Shown here: one piece after another, positions 41,955-52,045 of the stretch
Numbering within the stretch: the first letter of the stretch is position 1
How the letters are laid out: the number at the start of each line of letters is the position of its first letter
Source: a virus
Direction: 5' to 3' (one strand)
IMG/VR virus record: IMGVR_UViG_3300023184_004167
Coordinates: 74,366 to 138,365 of that record
DNA: 64,000 nt
Translations under genes and position numbers: made by a program
The notes under the pieces: generated by a model
What the model was told of the DNA's origin: nothing
The model's database searches: none
Seen by the model: the letters and a program-made list of their open reading frames with translations, nothing else

Positions 41955-42590
41955 TTATTTTTGAAAGTATTTCTCAATTCTTTTACTTAATCTAACCCTT
42001 GGGTCATTTATATCTCTACCCACATCTTCATATTTTAATACAAACCCAAAACTTAAAAAAACTCTTCTTGAGTTAAATTCATTTGTCCAATGTTTGTATA
42101 AGGAAGCCTCAAATCCGTATAAATCAGTTTCTTCTATCTTAATTGTATCATCACCTAAAAATAAATTATAATCTTCCGACAAAACACTAATGTTACATTT
42201 ATAATTAACATATCCATCAAGAGATGCATCATAATGTGGGTTAATTTTTCCCCCTTTATTCATATCAACCGCCTGAAGAAAAATATTATCTTTTGGAAAA
42301 TTAAATTCTTCTGATATTCTATCAACTATAATATGAATAAAGTCCGGTAAAGGTTCTTTAGATACATTAGATATTGATTGGAATTTTGTAATATAATTTG
42401 TTAATGTTGTATTTGAAATATCAAAAATACAAGATTTACCTTTTAATACTTTGGATAATTCTGTAAGATGATAATTACTATCATCACCTATATGGTTAAC
42501 AGAATCCAACCAATTTACTATTTGGTTTGCCTCATCTTTTGAGATGAATTTTTTTTTTATCTTATAAGTTTCCAAGTCCGTATTTACCAA
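41955..42590 (-). CDS. 2-oxoglutarate/Fe(II)-dependent oxygenase (prolyl hydroxylase/AlkB-like fold)
   Basis: KKFISKDEANQI start, GGKINPHYD (HxD), distal His (LYKHW), 2OG-binding Arg (RRVFLSFGF). Confidence 0.82.
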   Translation of the reverse strand: MVNTDLETYKIKKKFISKDEANQIVNWLDSVNHIGDDSNYHLTELSKVLKGKSCIFDISNTTLTNYITKFQSISNVSKEPLPDFIHIIVDRISEEFNFPKDNIFLQAVDMNKGGKINPHYDASLDGYVNYKCNISVLSEDYNLFLGDDTIKIEETDLYGFEASLYKHWTNEFNSRRVFLSFGFVLKYEDVGRDINDPRVRLSKRIEKYFQK

Positions 42591-42828
42591 TTTTTTTAAG
42601 GTTATGTTTTGTCAAAAATTCACTTGGGTTCATTGCCTCAATTATAACAAACTCGGCAGAATCCATAAGTCTTTTGGCCTTTTCTTCGGTAACTGCCATA
42701 ACACAAAATTTATGTGTTGCGGGTAATTCTCCTGTTGATGACAAATCTATGTTCAAGATATTGTCATTTTTCATTTTTTCTCTTACTTGTGAAACTTTAG
42801 ATTCTTCACATAATATACAAATTCTCAT
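42562..42828 (-). CDS. Hypothetical protein
   Basis: 88 aa, overlaps the oxygenase start; LSSTGELPATHKFC. Confidence 0.6.
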   Translation of the reverse strand: MRICILCEESKVSQVREKMKNDNILNIDLSSTGELPATHKFCVMAVTEEKAKRLMDSAEFVIIEAMNPSEFLTKHNLKKIGKYGLGNL

Positions 42829-42854
42829 AATTATTATTTTTTATTTTAATTTAT

Positions 42855-43931
42855 TTAGTCAATTGGTAATCCTAACTTATAATCTGATGTTATATCGCTC
42901 CACCCAATACCAAATTGGTATTTCATAACCTTATCAACAACAACATATGATTCATATTGTGTTGTACCAGTACTAACATCACTATTAATAAAAATACCAC
43001 TTAAAAAATACACATCATTTTCAGTATTTGCTTCGGTTGCTGCAGGTAAATTATCAATGATATAATCATATGCAGAATCTCTAATAGTTTCTGTTGCAAA
43101 TATCATTTGTTGGTTATAAATTTGTTCAGCATTACCTGTAAATCCTGTCAATATAGTTCTAACTGGCTCCGCCCATAAAATATCTGTTAATTTCCAAAAA
43201 GAATAATTACCATTATCAAATGGTGGATTACTTTGACTTGGAGCATCAGTTAATACATTTACAACTTGGTTAATCGCGCCCCAAATAGCACCACAAGTGT
43301 TATCAGTTAAACTATCTGATTTACCTCTTCTTAACATTCTACCTGAACGACCATCTTCAGTAACACCAATGTGTGGCATACTTGTCACAAAAAGTGTCCC
43401 TGTATTTGTAACATGACTTGCAAATGCGCCAAGACCAACACTACCAACAAATGGATAACCAGCCAAACCACCCGATTGAAATGGCCCAAGAAATGAGTTT
43501 ATACTATTTGGCCATTCACCGATGTTATTAGGTACTTTTGATGCATCAACATCATCTGAACAAATACCTTCAGCTAAAATAATATCTGTTGATGGTATAC
43601 CTTCATTTGTGATATATGATGTTGTATATGTTCCCCACACTTCAGATAGTACTGCATCCGAAAATGGATATGTTACATCATCAACAGTAATACCTCTTAC
43701 AGTTAGTGTGTATGCATCCTGCCCATCTAATGGAGCTGGTACTTCTATTTCATATGTTCTATCATATTCCGCAACCGATAAATCATAGATACCGTAAGGA
43801 TAATCACTAATGTTATTAAAAGGTATCATTTGAGTACCTAAAGAAGTTGAACCACCTGTTGTTGGATAAAAAGTTACATCGGCGGTGGCACCTGATAAAT
43901 TTGTACTTGTTATTCTAATTCCTTGTATCAT
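42855..43931 (-). CDS. LCIB/LCIC-family (theta-class) carbonic anhydrase domain fused to an N-terminal beta-rich module
   Basis: ICSDD, GPFQSGGLAGYPFVGSVGLGAFASHV, PHIGVTEDGRSGRMLRRG and TCGA match the LCIB pattern, including the Cys/His/Cys zinc ligands. Confidence 0.8.
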   Translation of the reverse strand: MIQGIRITSTNLSGATADVTFYPTTGGSTSLGTQMIPFNNISDYPYGIYDLSVAEYDRTYEIEVPAPLDGQDAYTLTVRGITVDDVTYPFSDAVLSEVWGTYTTSYITNEGIPSTDIILAEGICSDDVDASKVPNNIGEWPNSINSFLGPFQSGGLAGYPFVGSVGLGAFASHVTNTGTLFVTSMPHIGVTEDGRSGRMLRRGKSDSLTDNTCGAIWGAINQVVNVLTDAPSQSNPPFDNGNYSFWKLTDILWAEPVRTILTGFTGNAEQIYNQQMIFATETIRDSAYDYIIDNLPAATEANTENDVYFLSGIFINSDVSTGTTQYESYVVVDKVMKYQFGIGWSDITSDYKLGLPID

Positions 43932-43962
43932 TTTTTTTTATTTTTTATTTTTTATTTATTTA

Positions 43963-46900
43963 TTATAATACTAATCCAAAATTTAAATCATTTTCAGGTA
44001 TGTCTAAAGTTGTAATATCATTACAAGGTGCTTCAGTTAATGTTTCTATTGTTAACACATCTAATTCATCATAATACGACAATCTATTATCAAGATTTCT
44101 ATTTTTAAAGATGTTAACCGTTGTTGGTTCGTATAACACACCTGTGGTTAAACAAGTATCGCCAACTATGGTATCAACAATATTCCATTGGAAATAATTA
44201 TCAACAATATTAAGGTTAAAATTATTACTAATTCTATTATTATAAAAATGTTCTCCTATTGTATTGGCAATAAAATTATCACCTATAATATTTTTTTGAC
44301 TTGAGACAGCACCATATCCAAAACTATTACCTATGGTGTTTCCAGAAAATATATCACCAATATAATTACTTTCAAATTCATTACCAATAGTGTTATACTG
44401 AAATCCTATTCCAACAGTATTTGCGCCAAATGAATTACCGATAATATTAAAACCAAATGATTCTCCAATAGTATTAAGACTGAAATCGGCACCAACCGAA
44501 TTTTCTACAAACAAATTACTTATTTTATTACTTATAAAATTACCTAAGAAGTCGTTTCCAGTTGTTATGTTGCCAAACGTATTAAATATTGTCTGGCCAG
44601 ATATTTGATTAGCTGTGAATCCAAGACCTACATTGTTAAATGCAAATGGTTCTAAAATAAGATTACCTTTAAAACCATAAGATATGTTATTACCCTCAAA
44701 ATAGTTTAGTATTTGGTTTTCATAACATAAATCACCTATTATGTTTTCTATGGTTTCACCTGAAAATTCATTACTATAAAAATTATTACCTATTGTATTA
44801 CCTGTGAAAAGGATAATAATGGTGTTTTCATAAGTTTCGTAACCAAACTTATTTCCTTGTACGTTCCCAACTATTGTATTATTGTAAAACGTAAATCCGA
44901 TAGTATTTCCATCAAATGAACCATCTATAGTGTTATCGTGAAAATCTCCTTTCCAATCATTTCCTGTTACAGTACCGCCTGAAAAAATATTACCATATGT
45001 ATTTAAACCTATTTTATTTCCCTCCGTAAACCCTATAATAATATTACCATAAAATCCTGACTCAAATGTATTTTTATCTAAATCATCACCTATTGTATTA
45101 TTATAAAAATCACTCACCCAAGTATTTCCTAAAACCTCACCTAAAAAATCATTACCATGTGTTTCTGACCCAATATTATTGCCGTAAGTAAAACCTGAAA
45201 ATTGATTTGCATAAACAAAAGAGTCAACATTATTTAATGAAAATTGTTGACGAATATAATTTCCTTTGAATTGATTAATAATTGTGTTGTTTTCAAAATA
45301 ACTACCATTATATTGTTGTGTATAAATTGAATTCCATTGTGTTCCTTCAGGTGAAACATTTTGATTCCACCCCCCTTCCAAAACCTGATTATAAATTCCA
45401 CCATTGTTTCCTCTTACCATTTCAAGACGGCTAAGGATAATAAAATCGGTTTTGTCTTCGTAATTTAATTTTGTAAAATAAACGGTTGGTTCATATGTTG
45501 GATACACTTTTGTTCTTTCATATGAAAAACCTCCACCATTACTACCTTGTGTCCATTGATTAAATTTAACGGCGTGATACTCATTATAAACAGTTAATTC
45601 AGTTACTGTTATTCCACACCAACTACTTGGTGTAGTTCCTGTTGCGATAAAAATACATCCAACTTCATTGATTGTACCATCTATTACATCAGCGACATTA
45701 CTAAAATCACTACCGCCAAACGCTACGTTTGTTATTTCATATGTCTCACCAACCACCAAATAACCAAAACTTTGTGTTGTGCCTGAATCACGATAGAAAT
45801 TCATTATAAGTTCTTTACCTAAAATAATATTTCCTAAATTTTGATTTCCATCGTCACCGTATAATGAATTAAAAAATGTGTTATAAGTTCTTCCTGTTAA
45901 ATTTTCAATAGTTGTATTATCCCAATTAAAATATTGAGTATCACCTAAAGTATTATTTTCAAATCGGTTACCAATTTGGTTATTGTTAAATGTATAAGAA
46001 ATACTATTACTATAAAAATACTCACCGATTTGATTGTCGTGAAAATAATCTCCAATTAAATCATTATTATTAAATCCATTACCAATGTGATTACCATAAA
46101 AATCATAACCTATATTATAGTTACCATTAAAGCCGTTTCCTATCACATTTTTATAAAAATTACCATTAGCGATATTATCGTTAAATTGATTACCAATTTG
46201 ATTATTTTGGAAATTTTGTCTAATGATATTATATTCAAAATTATTTCCTATTCTATTTCTATAAAAATTAAAATCACCCAAATTACCATTGTCACCGATA
46301 GTATTGTCATTAAAATATAAACCAATTTGATTCTCATAAAAGTCAGAATAAACAGTATTATTATTAAAATTATTACCAATTTGGTTACCATAAAAGTTTC
46401 TATAAATTTCATTATTCTCAAAGTACTGTTCAATTGTATTTTCATACATATAACCTTTAATAATGTTATTATTAAAATATTCTCCAATACTATTACTATA
46501 AAAACCATTATTATAAATCACATTATTATAAAATCTACCCGCAATTGTATTTCTTGAAAACCAATATGTTCCTGTATTGTTATAAGACCTATCTCCTATT
46601 GTGTTTGAATAAGTTCTATTACCATAAAACACATTATTTGCTAATAAAAATCCTGAAGTACTTCCGATTTCATCAAGATAAAATTTAGAATAATCTCCAA
46701 CATAGTTATGTATAGCACTTCCATCTAAGTTAAAAGTCAGATAATCATTGTAGTCCCCTTCATTTTTTTGTCCAATATAAACTTCTTTATATTCGTTAAT
46801 ATCACCTGTTGGTGTTGTTTTGTAAAGAGGAATAAGTCCGCCAGTAAAGTTTATTTGACTTCCAAATGATGAGTCAACTATTACATATATTAAAGTATTT

Positions 46901-47586
46901 GTGCTAGCGCTATAAACCTTAACACCCACCATATAACCTTGATACTCAAAAAATAATATGTCCCCAATTTGAGCGTCAGCAAAAAATGATGTTCCGTTAC
47001 CCAACATTATACCAGTTCCACTATCATAACTGTCTAAATATCCTACTAATTGAACACCTTTATCATATGACCTAAATCTATTAAAAAATATGGTTCTGTG
47101 GTCATAATCGGTTCTATTGTTATATTCATCAATTCTTTCAGAAATTCTACCATATGCAACACCTTGAGTTATTTCAGTTGCACTAAAAGTCCAATCATAT
47201 TGGATTCTATCATTTGGATATGCTTGTTGATATGCGGTTGAACTAATTGTACTAAGACTTGTTGCAAAAACAATAATAGGTTCAACATTAGATTGATTAT
47301 ATTGTATTGCATCACTTCCTTTTGGATTACCATTTACGTAATATTCAGGAACATCATAACAAGTTTGAAAATCTGTTATGATATAATAAGCACCCACATT
47401 TAATGTACCACCATTAATATTATTTACAAGTTCAGAATATGTTGTTTCAATAAGTCCGCCAACACTTCCTGTAATGGCAGAAAAGTCAATATGATATGTA
47501 GCTCCGTTTAATTCTACGGGTATTAAAGTATCGGGTGTTGGTATTTCCAGATAAGTTAATTCTCCTATGGTTTTTCCTGTTAACAT
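43963..47586 (-). CDS. Tail fiber/spike-like protein with extensive beta-helix repeats
   Basis: GKTIGELT N-terminus; TYSELV..L.VGAYYIITDFQT; many 9-residue N-x-I-G-x-x-F-x-x repeats. Confidence 0.75.
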   Translation of the reverse strand: MLTGKTIGELTYLEIPTPDTLIPVELNGATYHIDFSAITGSVGGLIETTYSELVNNINGGTLNVGAYYIITDFQTCYDVPEYYVNGNPKGSDAIQYNQSNVEPIIVFATSLSTISSTAYQQAYPNDRIQYDWTFSATEITQGVAYGRISERIDEYNNRTDYDHRTIFFNRFRSYDKGVQLVGYLDSYDSGTGIMLGNGTSFFADAQIGDILFFEYQGYMVGVKVYSASTNTLIYVIVDSSFGSQINFTGGLIPLYKTTPTGDINEYKEVYIGQKNEGDYNDYLTFNLDGSAIHNYVGDYSKFYLDEIGSTSGFLLANNVFYGNRTYSNTIGDRSYNNTGTYWFSRNTIAGRFYNNVIYNNGFYSNSIGEYFNNNIIKGYMYENTIEQYFENNEIYRNFYGNQIGNNFNNNTVYSDFYENQIGLYFNDNTIGDNGNLGDFNFYRNRIGNNFEYNIIRQNFQNNQIGNQFNDNIANGNFYKNVIGNGFNGNYNIGYDFYGNHIGNGFNNNDLIGDYFHDNQIGEYFYSNSISYTFNNNQIGNRFENNTLGDTQYFNWDNTTIENLTGRTYNTFFNSLYGDDGNQNLGNIILGKELIMNFYRDSGTTQSFGYLVVGETYEITNVAFGGSDFSNVADVIDGTINEVGCIFIATGTTPSSWCGITVTELTVYNEYHAVKFNQWTQGSNGGGFSYERTKVYPTYEPTVYFTKLNYEDKTDFIILSRLEMVRGNNGGIYNQVLEGGWNQNVSPEGTQWNSIYTQQYNGSYFENNTIINQFKGNYIRQQFSLNNVDSFVYANQFSGFTYGNNIGSETHGNDFLGEVLGNTWVSDFYNNTIGDDLDKNTFESGFYGNIIIGFTEGNKIGLNTYGNIFSGGTVTGNDWKGDFHDNTIDGSFDGNTIGFTFYNNTIVGNVQGNKFGYETYENTIIILFTGNTIGNNFYSNEFSGETIENIIGDLCYENQILNYFEGNNISYGFKGNLILEPFAFNNVGLGFTANQISGQTIFNTFGNITTGNDFLGNFISNKISNLFVENSVGADFSLNTIGESFGFNIIGNSFGANTVGIGFQYNTIGNEFESNYIGDIFSGNTIGNSFGYGAVSSQKNIIGDNFIANTIGEHFYNNRISNNFNLNIVDNYFQWNIVDTIVGDTCLTTGVLYEPTTVNIFKNRNLDNRLSYYDELDVLTIETLTEAPCNDITTLDIPENDLNFGLVL

Positions 47587-47630
47587 AATTTTTCTATTTT
47601 ATTTATAAATATCTTTTATTGTTTTATTAT

Positions 47631-49463
47631 TTAAAAATTGTTTTCTACCGCCAAGCATATTTCACCACTTTCGGATATTAATCTCGCCATATTTGTAAAT
47701 GAAATATAGGCATGTCCATTAACTCCCCAAGTTTGACCCCAACTATTTTTAATTCTAAATTGTTGTTTAACTATATCAACACCATTTATTACATAAGCAT
47801 GACCCCCAGCCAAATAACCACCAATACTTATAACACCATTTACAGGGTAGAACATATTGTAATACCAATTTGTGCCAACAACCACTGGACCAATATTTAA
47901 TACTGTGATAATTAATGTATTAACATCAAACGCCCAATAATATGAGGTTATTTTACTGACACTTTTTAAGTATTTTGCCGCTCCTCTAACTGATGTTCCG
48001 TCATAGTTTTCTCCCGGCCATTCATCCACTTTTTGTGCTTCACGATAAATTAAATCAGGGGGTACAACAGGTTGAATACCACTATGAACTACAGGGCCAT
48101 CTGAAATCCAATGAGACCAAGCATATCCAACACACATCGGAGTATTTAATTGATTTCCCCACCATACATTATCACCCCAATATTTTGATGTTAATGGTTT
48201 GGTAGGTGTAATACTCGGTGTTGGTGTCTTTGTGTGGGTCGGAGTTGTTGGTAATTTTGTTGGTGTATGACTTGGAGTTATGGGTAATTTTGTTTTTGTG
48301 GGTGTTGGACTAACAGAAGGTTTACTTTTAATTCTAACTAACCAATCATAAAAATTGGATATTAAGTAATTATTATCCCTATCATCTTTAACGTGATTTC
48401 TACCTAACTGAAATGGTGAACCCATCATCAATGGAGTTGGGTTAATAAACATTAAATATATTCCATCATCAACCCTAATATAATCACCATTATTTGTTAG
48501 TATTGCGTCAGTTATAACTTGCTCTGTCTCAGTTGGTGTTGGAGTAGGTGTTGGAGTTTTTGTTTGAGTTGGAGTTGGATTTGGTGTAGGCGGGGGAAAT
48601 GGGTCAATAAATTTTAAATATATTCCGTCACCAACCTGAATATAATCACCATCATTTGTTAGTATCGCGTCTATAATATTTTCTTCGGTTTGAGTAGGTG
48701 TTGGTGTAGGTGTTGGGGTAGTAGTTGGCGTTTCAGTATTAGTTGGAGTGGGTGTTGGTGTTACAAAGAATGATTGCTCTGTTATATCAAAAATATTTGA
48801 AAGATAACTTGGGCTAATTGATAAATTAGAGAAAGTACCAATATCTTTTAAATTGTTAAAGTCGTCAGAAAATAAATAAACATTTGTTTCCCCATATTTG
48901 GTTCCTGACATTATTGTTACACCTGTTGAAACAACTATTGGAGGCCCAGAATAAACTTGATATGTGTTTGTAAAACTTAATGTAATGTCTGTCGGAACAC
49001 TTTTGTTAGAGTCTAAAGTATATAAAATATTGATAGAACCAGAACTAATATATGCAGATAATCTTAATAGTATCCTTGTATTGTCAGGACAACAATTATC
49101 CGTTGAAACAAAAGTTTCTTGTATATTAATGAATAATTGCTCTTTTAAGGGTAAAATGAGATTTCCCTCATTATTTTGAATAAAGAACTCGGCTTTATAT
49201 TTTCCGGGTTTGTCAGTATTTCTCGCAGAGAATTTGTAATAAATGTAGTATTCAGGACTAGAACCATCAGGTAGTATTAAAGGAACAATACTACACGGAG
49301 CAAACGCAATCTTTGGAATCCCCGTATTTACATCCACCATTGAAAAGTATATGGTAGATGTTTCCAAACTTTCCATTAGAGATTGAAAGTCACTCCTTCC
49401 ATCACGAATAACCAACATCTTTAATACGGGCAGATTCGCACCACTTTTGATAAAAAATTCCAT
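47631..49463 (-). CDS. BppU-like N-terminal domain + Thr/Pro linkers + papain-like (C1) cysteine peptidase
   Basis: N-terminal FFIKSGANLPVL..YYKFSARNTDKPGKYKAEF; C-terminal QLNTPMCVGYAW (Gln/Cys), GGHAY (His), IKNSWGQTWG (Asn). Confidence 0.82.
   Translation of the reverse strand: MEFFIKSGANLPVLKMLVIRDGRSDFQSLMESLETSTIYFSMVDVNTGIPKIAFAPCSIVPLILPDGSSPEYYIYYKFSARNTDKPGKYKAEFFIQNNEGNLILPLKEQLFINIQETFVSTDNCCPDNTRILLRLSAYISSGSINILYTLDSNKSVPTDITLSFTNTYQVYSGPPIVVSTGVTIMSGTKYGETNVYLFSDDFNNLKDIGTFSNLSISPSYLSNIFDITEQSFFVTPTPTPTNTETPTTTPTPTPTPTQTEENIIDAILTNDGDYIQVGDGIYLKFIDPFPPPTPNPTPTQTKTPTPTPTPTETEQVITDAILTNNGDYIRVDDGIYLMFINPTPLMMGSPFQLGRNHVKDDRDNNYLISNFYDWLVRIKSKPSVSPTPTKTKLPITPSHTPTKLPTTPTHTKTPTPSITPTKPLTSKYWGDNVWWGNQLNTPMCVGYAWSHWISDGPVVHSGIQPVVPPDLIYREAQKVDEWPGENYDGTSVRGAAKYLKSVSKITSYYWAFDVNTLIITVLNIGPVVVGTNWYYNMFYPVNGVISIGGYLAGGHAYVINGVDIVKQQFRIKNSWGQTWGVNGHAYISFTNMARLISESGEICLAVENNF
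48195..48760 (-). repeat. Thr/Pro tracts and duplicated ~27-aa module
   Basis: TPTPTPT tracts flank NIIDAILTNDGDYIQVGDGIYLKFIDP (~48601-48680) and VITDAILTNNGDYIRVDDGIYLMFINP (~48440-48518). Confidence 0.85.
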
Positions 49464-49479
49464 AACAATAAATATACTG

Positions 49480-51153
49480 TTATGATTCTTTTCTTAAGTT
49501 ACCAGCATAGTGGTCAAATCTATCATGCTCAACAGGTGTTAATAATAATAAACCACCATTTAATTCACCTTTTTTAGTTAATTGGTACATATGAGACATC
49601 CAAGTATTCTCAAAAGGTCTAGCCCAAGTGGTGTTTAAAAACATTTTTTTATTACCAACACGACTAATTAATTGAGTCCAATTACAATAATAAATCTCAC
49701 CATCAACATATGGCAACCCATTATGAGTCTTAATGTTATTAAATTTGGTTTTTGGAGAATTGGGGTCTAATCCTTGTACAGGTAATTTATTTTTTTCTGG
49801 CCAAAACTCTTCTCTAACAGATTGGGGTACATTATACCAACTCCATTGAGTACCATTATCACCATAAAATTCACTATAATTAAATTTTATAAAATCAAAA
49901 TTTTCTTTTTTAATAACTTGTAAAGTATTTGAATATAAATTTGGTGAGAATCTATTAAACCCATTTCTACAGGTTTCTAATGGTTTATTTTGAAAGAACA
50001 TATCATCTTCAGAGAAGATATAATAATCTAAATTAGTATCCTCAAAATGCTCCGCTATCCATTGTCTTCCACCGCATATCCCTAAATTGTCTTTTTTAAT
50101 GTGTTCAAACCCGTGTTCTTCACATAATTTTGAATACGCATCAAATGTTGATTCATCAGTTGAATTATCTAATAAAAACTTTGTGGTTTTTAAAATAAAA
50201 TCTTTATCATATTCTAACATTGATTGTATTAAAGTTTGAAATTGTTTTGGACTATTAAATGTTAAAACATATAAACCAACCTTATTAGTATCCAATGTAT
50301 TTTCAATTGAAATCTTACCTTCTGATTTAACTTTTAATGTGTCATTTTTTAAATCTTCAAAAAATTTACCCATTAACCCATTCCCGTCTATTTCAAAATA
50401 ATTTATTAAATCAGAATGTTTATAACACATAATACTAAAAAGTGATTCTTCAGTACCCATATATCCTTCATCTAATGTTGATTTTAACATTCCATAATAA
50501 ATTGAATTCATACTTGAAATAGATTCTTTTGGCCCACCAAAAAATCCTCCTCTTGCCACCTTATTAACAGTTTCTCCAGCAATTGAATTTAATTTGTTAT
50601 ATTCAAACCCGTGTATTTCATTTTCAGCACCATATGGAAAGCAAACAAAAGAGAATTTAGAAATATATTTAGATAATTTATCTAATACTTTATCATGTGT
50701 AAAATATCCTTGATGTACAGTATTTGTTAATCCTGCATCAATCCAAAACATATATTCAGAATTAAATCTATCAAATATTTTTGCGTCGTGTAACAAAAAC
50801 ATTTTTGACATAACCAAAGGATTATACATTTCAAGTTTTGCCTGAGTAGAATCTTTGAGCCAACCTGATAAGTTAAACCATTCAGGATTCGTTCTTATTT
50901 TTTGAATTTTATCATAGTATTCATTATTTTGAAACCAATCAGATTTTCTTAAAATGAATTGAGTATTTTCTGAATTTCTATGTTCTTTAACAAAAGATTC
51001 AAGCTCCTCATCCCCAAATATTATCATATTTTCATCAACTTGTAAAAGTTGTTTGAATTTATCCAAATATTGGTCAAAAGAACGACTCCATCCTTCTGTT
51101 AAATTTCCTCTACCAAGGTTCCATAAACCTGTTACTAATGTTATTTTACTCAT
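49480..51153 (-). CDS. HtrL/YibB (WlaTC)-family putative glycosyltransferase fused to GT2-like domain
   Basis: ITLVTGLWNLGR, RSFDQY, YNPLVMSK, WIDAG, GGFFGG, TEE; C-terminal YVLTFNSP..FLLDNS..NLGICGGR..FSEDD. Confidence 0.75.
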   Translation of the reverse strand: MSKITLVTGLWNLGRGNLTEGWSRSFDQYLDKFKQLLQVDENMIIFGDEELESFVKEHRNSENTQFILRKSDWFQNNEYYDKIQKIRTNPEWFNLSGWLKDSTQAKLEMYNPLVMSKMFLLHDAKIFDRFNSEYMFWIDAGLTNTVHQGYFTHDKVLDKLSKYISKFSFVCFPYGAENEIHGFEYNKLNSIAGETVNKVARGGFFGGPKESISSMNSIYYGMLKSTLDEGYMGTEESLFSIMCYKHSDLINYFEIDGNGLMGKFFEDLKNDTLKVKSEGKISIENTLDTNKVGLYVLTFNSPKQFQTLIQSMLEYDKDFILKTTKFLLDNSTDESTFDAYSKLCEEHGFEHIKKDNLGICGGRQWIAEHFEDTNLDYYIFSEDDMFFQNKPLETCRNGFNRFSPNLYSNTLQVIKKENFDFIKFNYSEFYGDNGTQWSWYNVPQSVREEFWPEKNKLPVQGLDPNSPKTKFNNIKTHNGLPYVDGEIYYCNWTQLISRVGNKKMFLNTTWARPFENTWMSHMYQLTKKGELNGGLLLLTPVEHDRFDHYAGNLRKES

Positions 51154-52033
51154 AAATTCCGTTTAATTCTTCTAAAATTTTATAAAAACTTTTATTAATT
51201 TTAAGGTGTTCTGACATTTCTATTCCAGAAATTCTTTCATTTTCGTGCCACCAAGTATCAAATTTATATATTTTAAACATGTCTTCGTGATTTCTAAACA
51301 TTAATGTCATAATATCTTCTTCGTGATATAATCTACCATCTTCTTCAGTAACTTGATGCACATATTTTTTAAATAATTCTACTATATTATTCCATAATTC
51401 TTTTTTTCCTCCAAACAAACCACCAATAATATGATAACTTCTATCGTGATTAAAAAAATGTTTTGGATTTACTGTTCCTGACCAATAATTTCTATCATTT
51501 TCTTTACCTATTATCGTGAATTTATCTTCAGTGTTTACTACTAAATTATTTAAAAAATTATTATTAAATAATGAACTTTCATAATACCCACGATTATGGG
51601 GACCACCAGGGGTTAAGTATTTATTTGGAATTAAACCACAATGTGATAACCCAGCATCAATCCAATAATAATAATCATAAGACATATCTTCAGATAAAAA
51701 CCAAATAAATTTCATATATTGTATTTCAATACATCTATCTCCTCTTCTAGCCCCTTCAATATCTTTATATTTTTTAAATAATTCTAAAAAATAATGTTCG
51801 GATAAGTTATATTTTACTAATTTTAATTTATCTTTTTCTATGTTATTTTCAATATGAAAAAAATTATATAAATCATCAAATTCTTCCTCAGATGTATAAC
51901 AAATAAAATCTGATTCAGTCATTTTTAATAATGATAATAAACTCCATTTATAATGACCTCCTCTGCTTGGTCTTCCACCAAAATCAGTTCCGTGTAAATT
52001 ACTATATATTGATGTAATAAATTTAACTTTCAT
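51146..52033 (-). CDS. HtrL/YibB-family putative glycosyltransferase
   Basis: YYYWIDAGLSH, IIGGLFGG, HEEDIM; paralogous to the N-terminal domain of the neighbouring gene. Confidence 0.72.
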   Translation of the reverse strand: MKVKFITSIYSNLHGTDFGGRPSRGGHYKWSLLSLLKMTESDFICYTSEEEFDDLYNFFHIENNIEKDKLKLVKYNLSEHYFLELFKKYKDIEGARRGDRCIEIQYMKFIWFLSEDMSYDYYYWIDAGLSHCGLIPNKYLTPGGPHNRGYYESSLFNNNFLNNLVVNTEDKFTIIGKENDRNYWSGTVNPKHFFNHDRSYHIIGGLFGGKKELWNNIVELFKKYVHQVTEEDGRLYHEEDIMTLMFRNHEDMFKIYKFDTWWHENERISGIEMSEHLKINKSFYKILEELNGIYE

Positions 52034-52045
52034 AGTTATTTTTTT

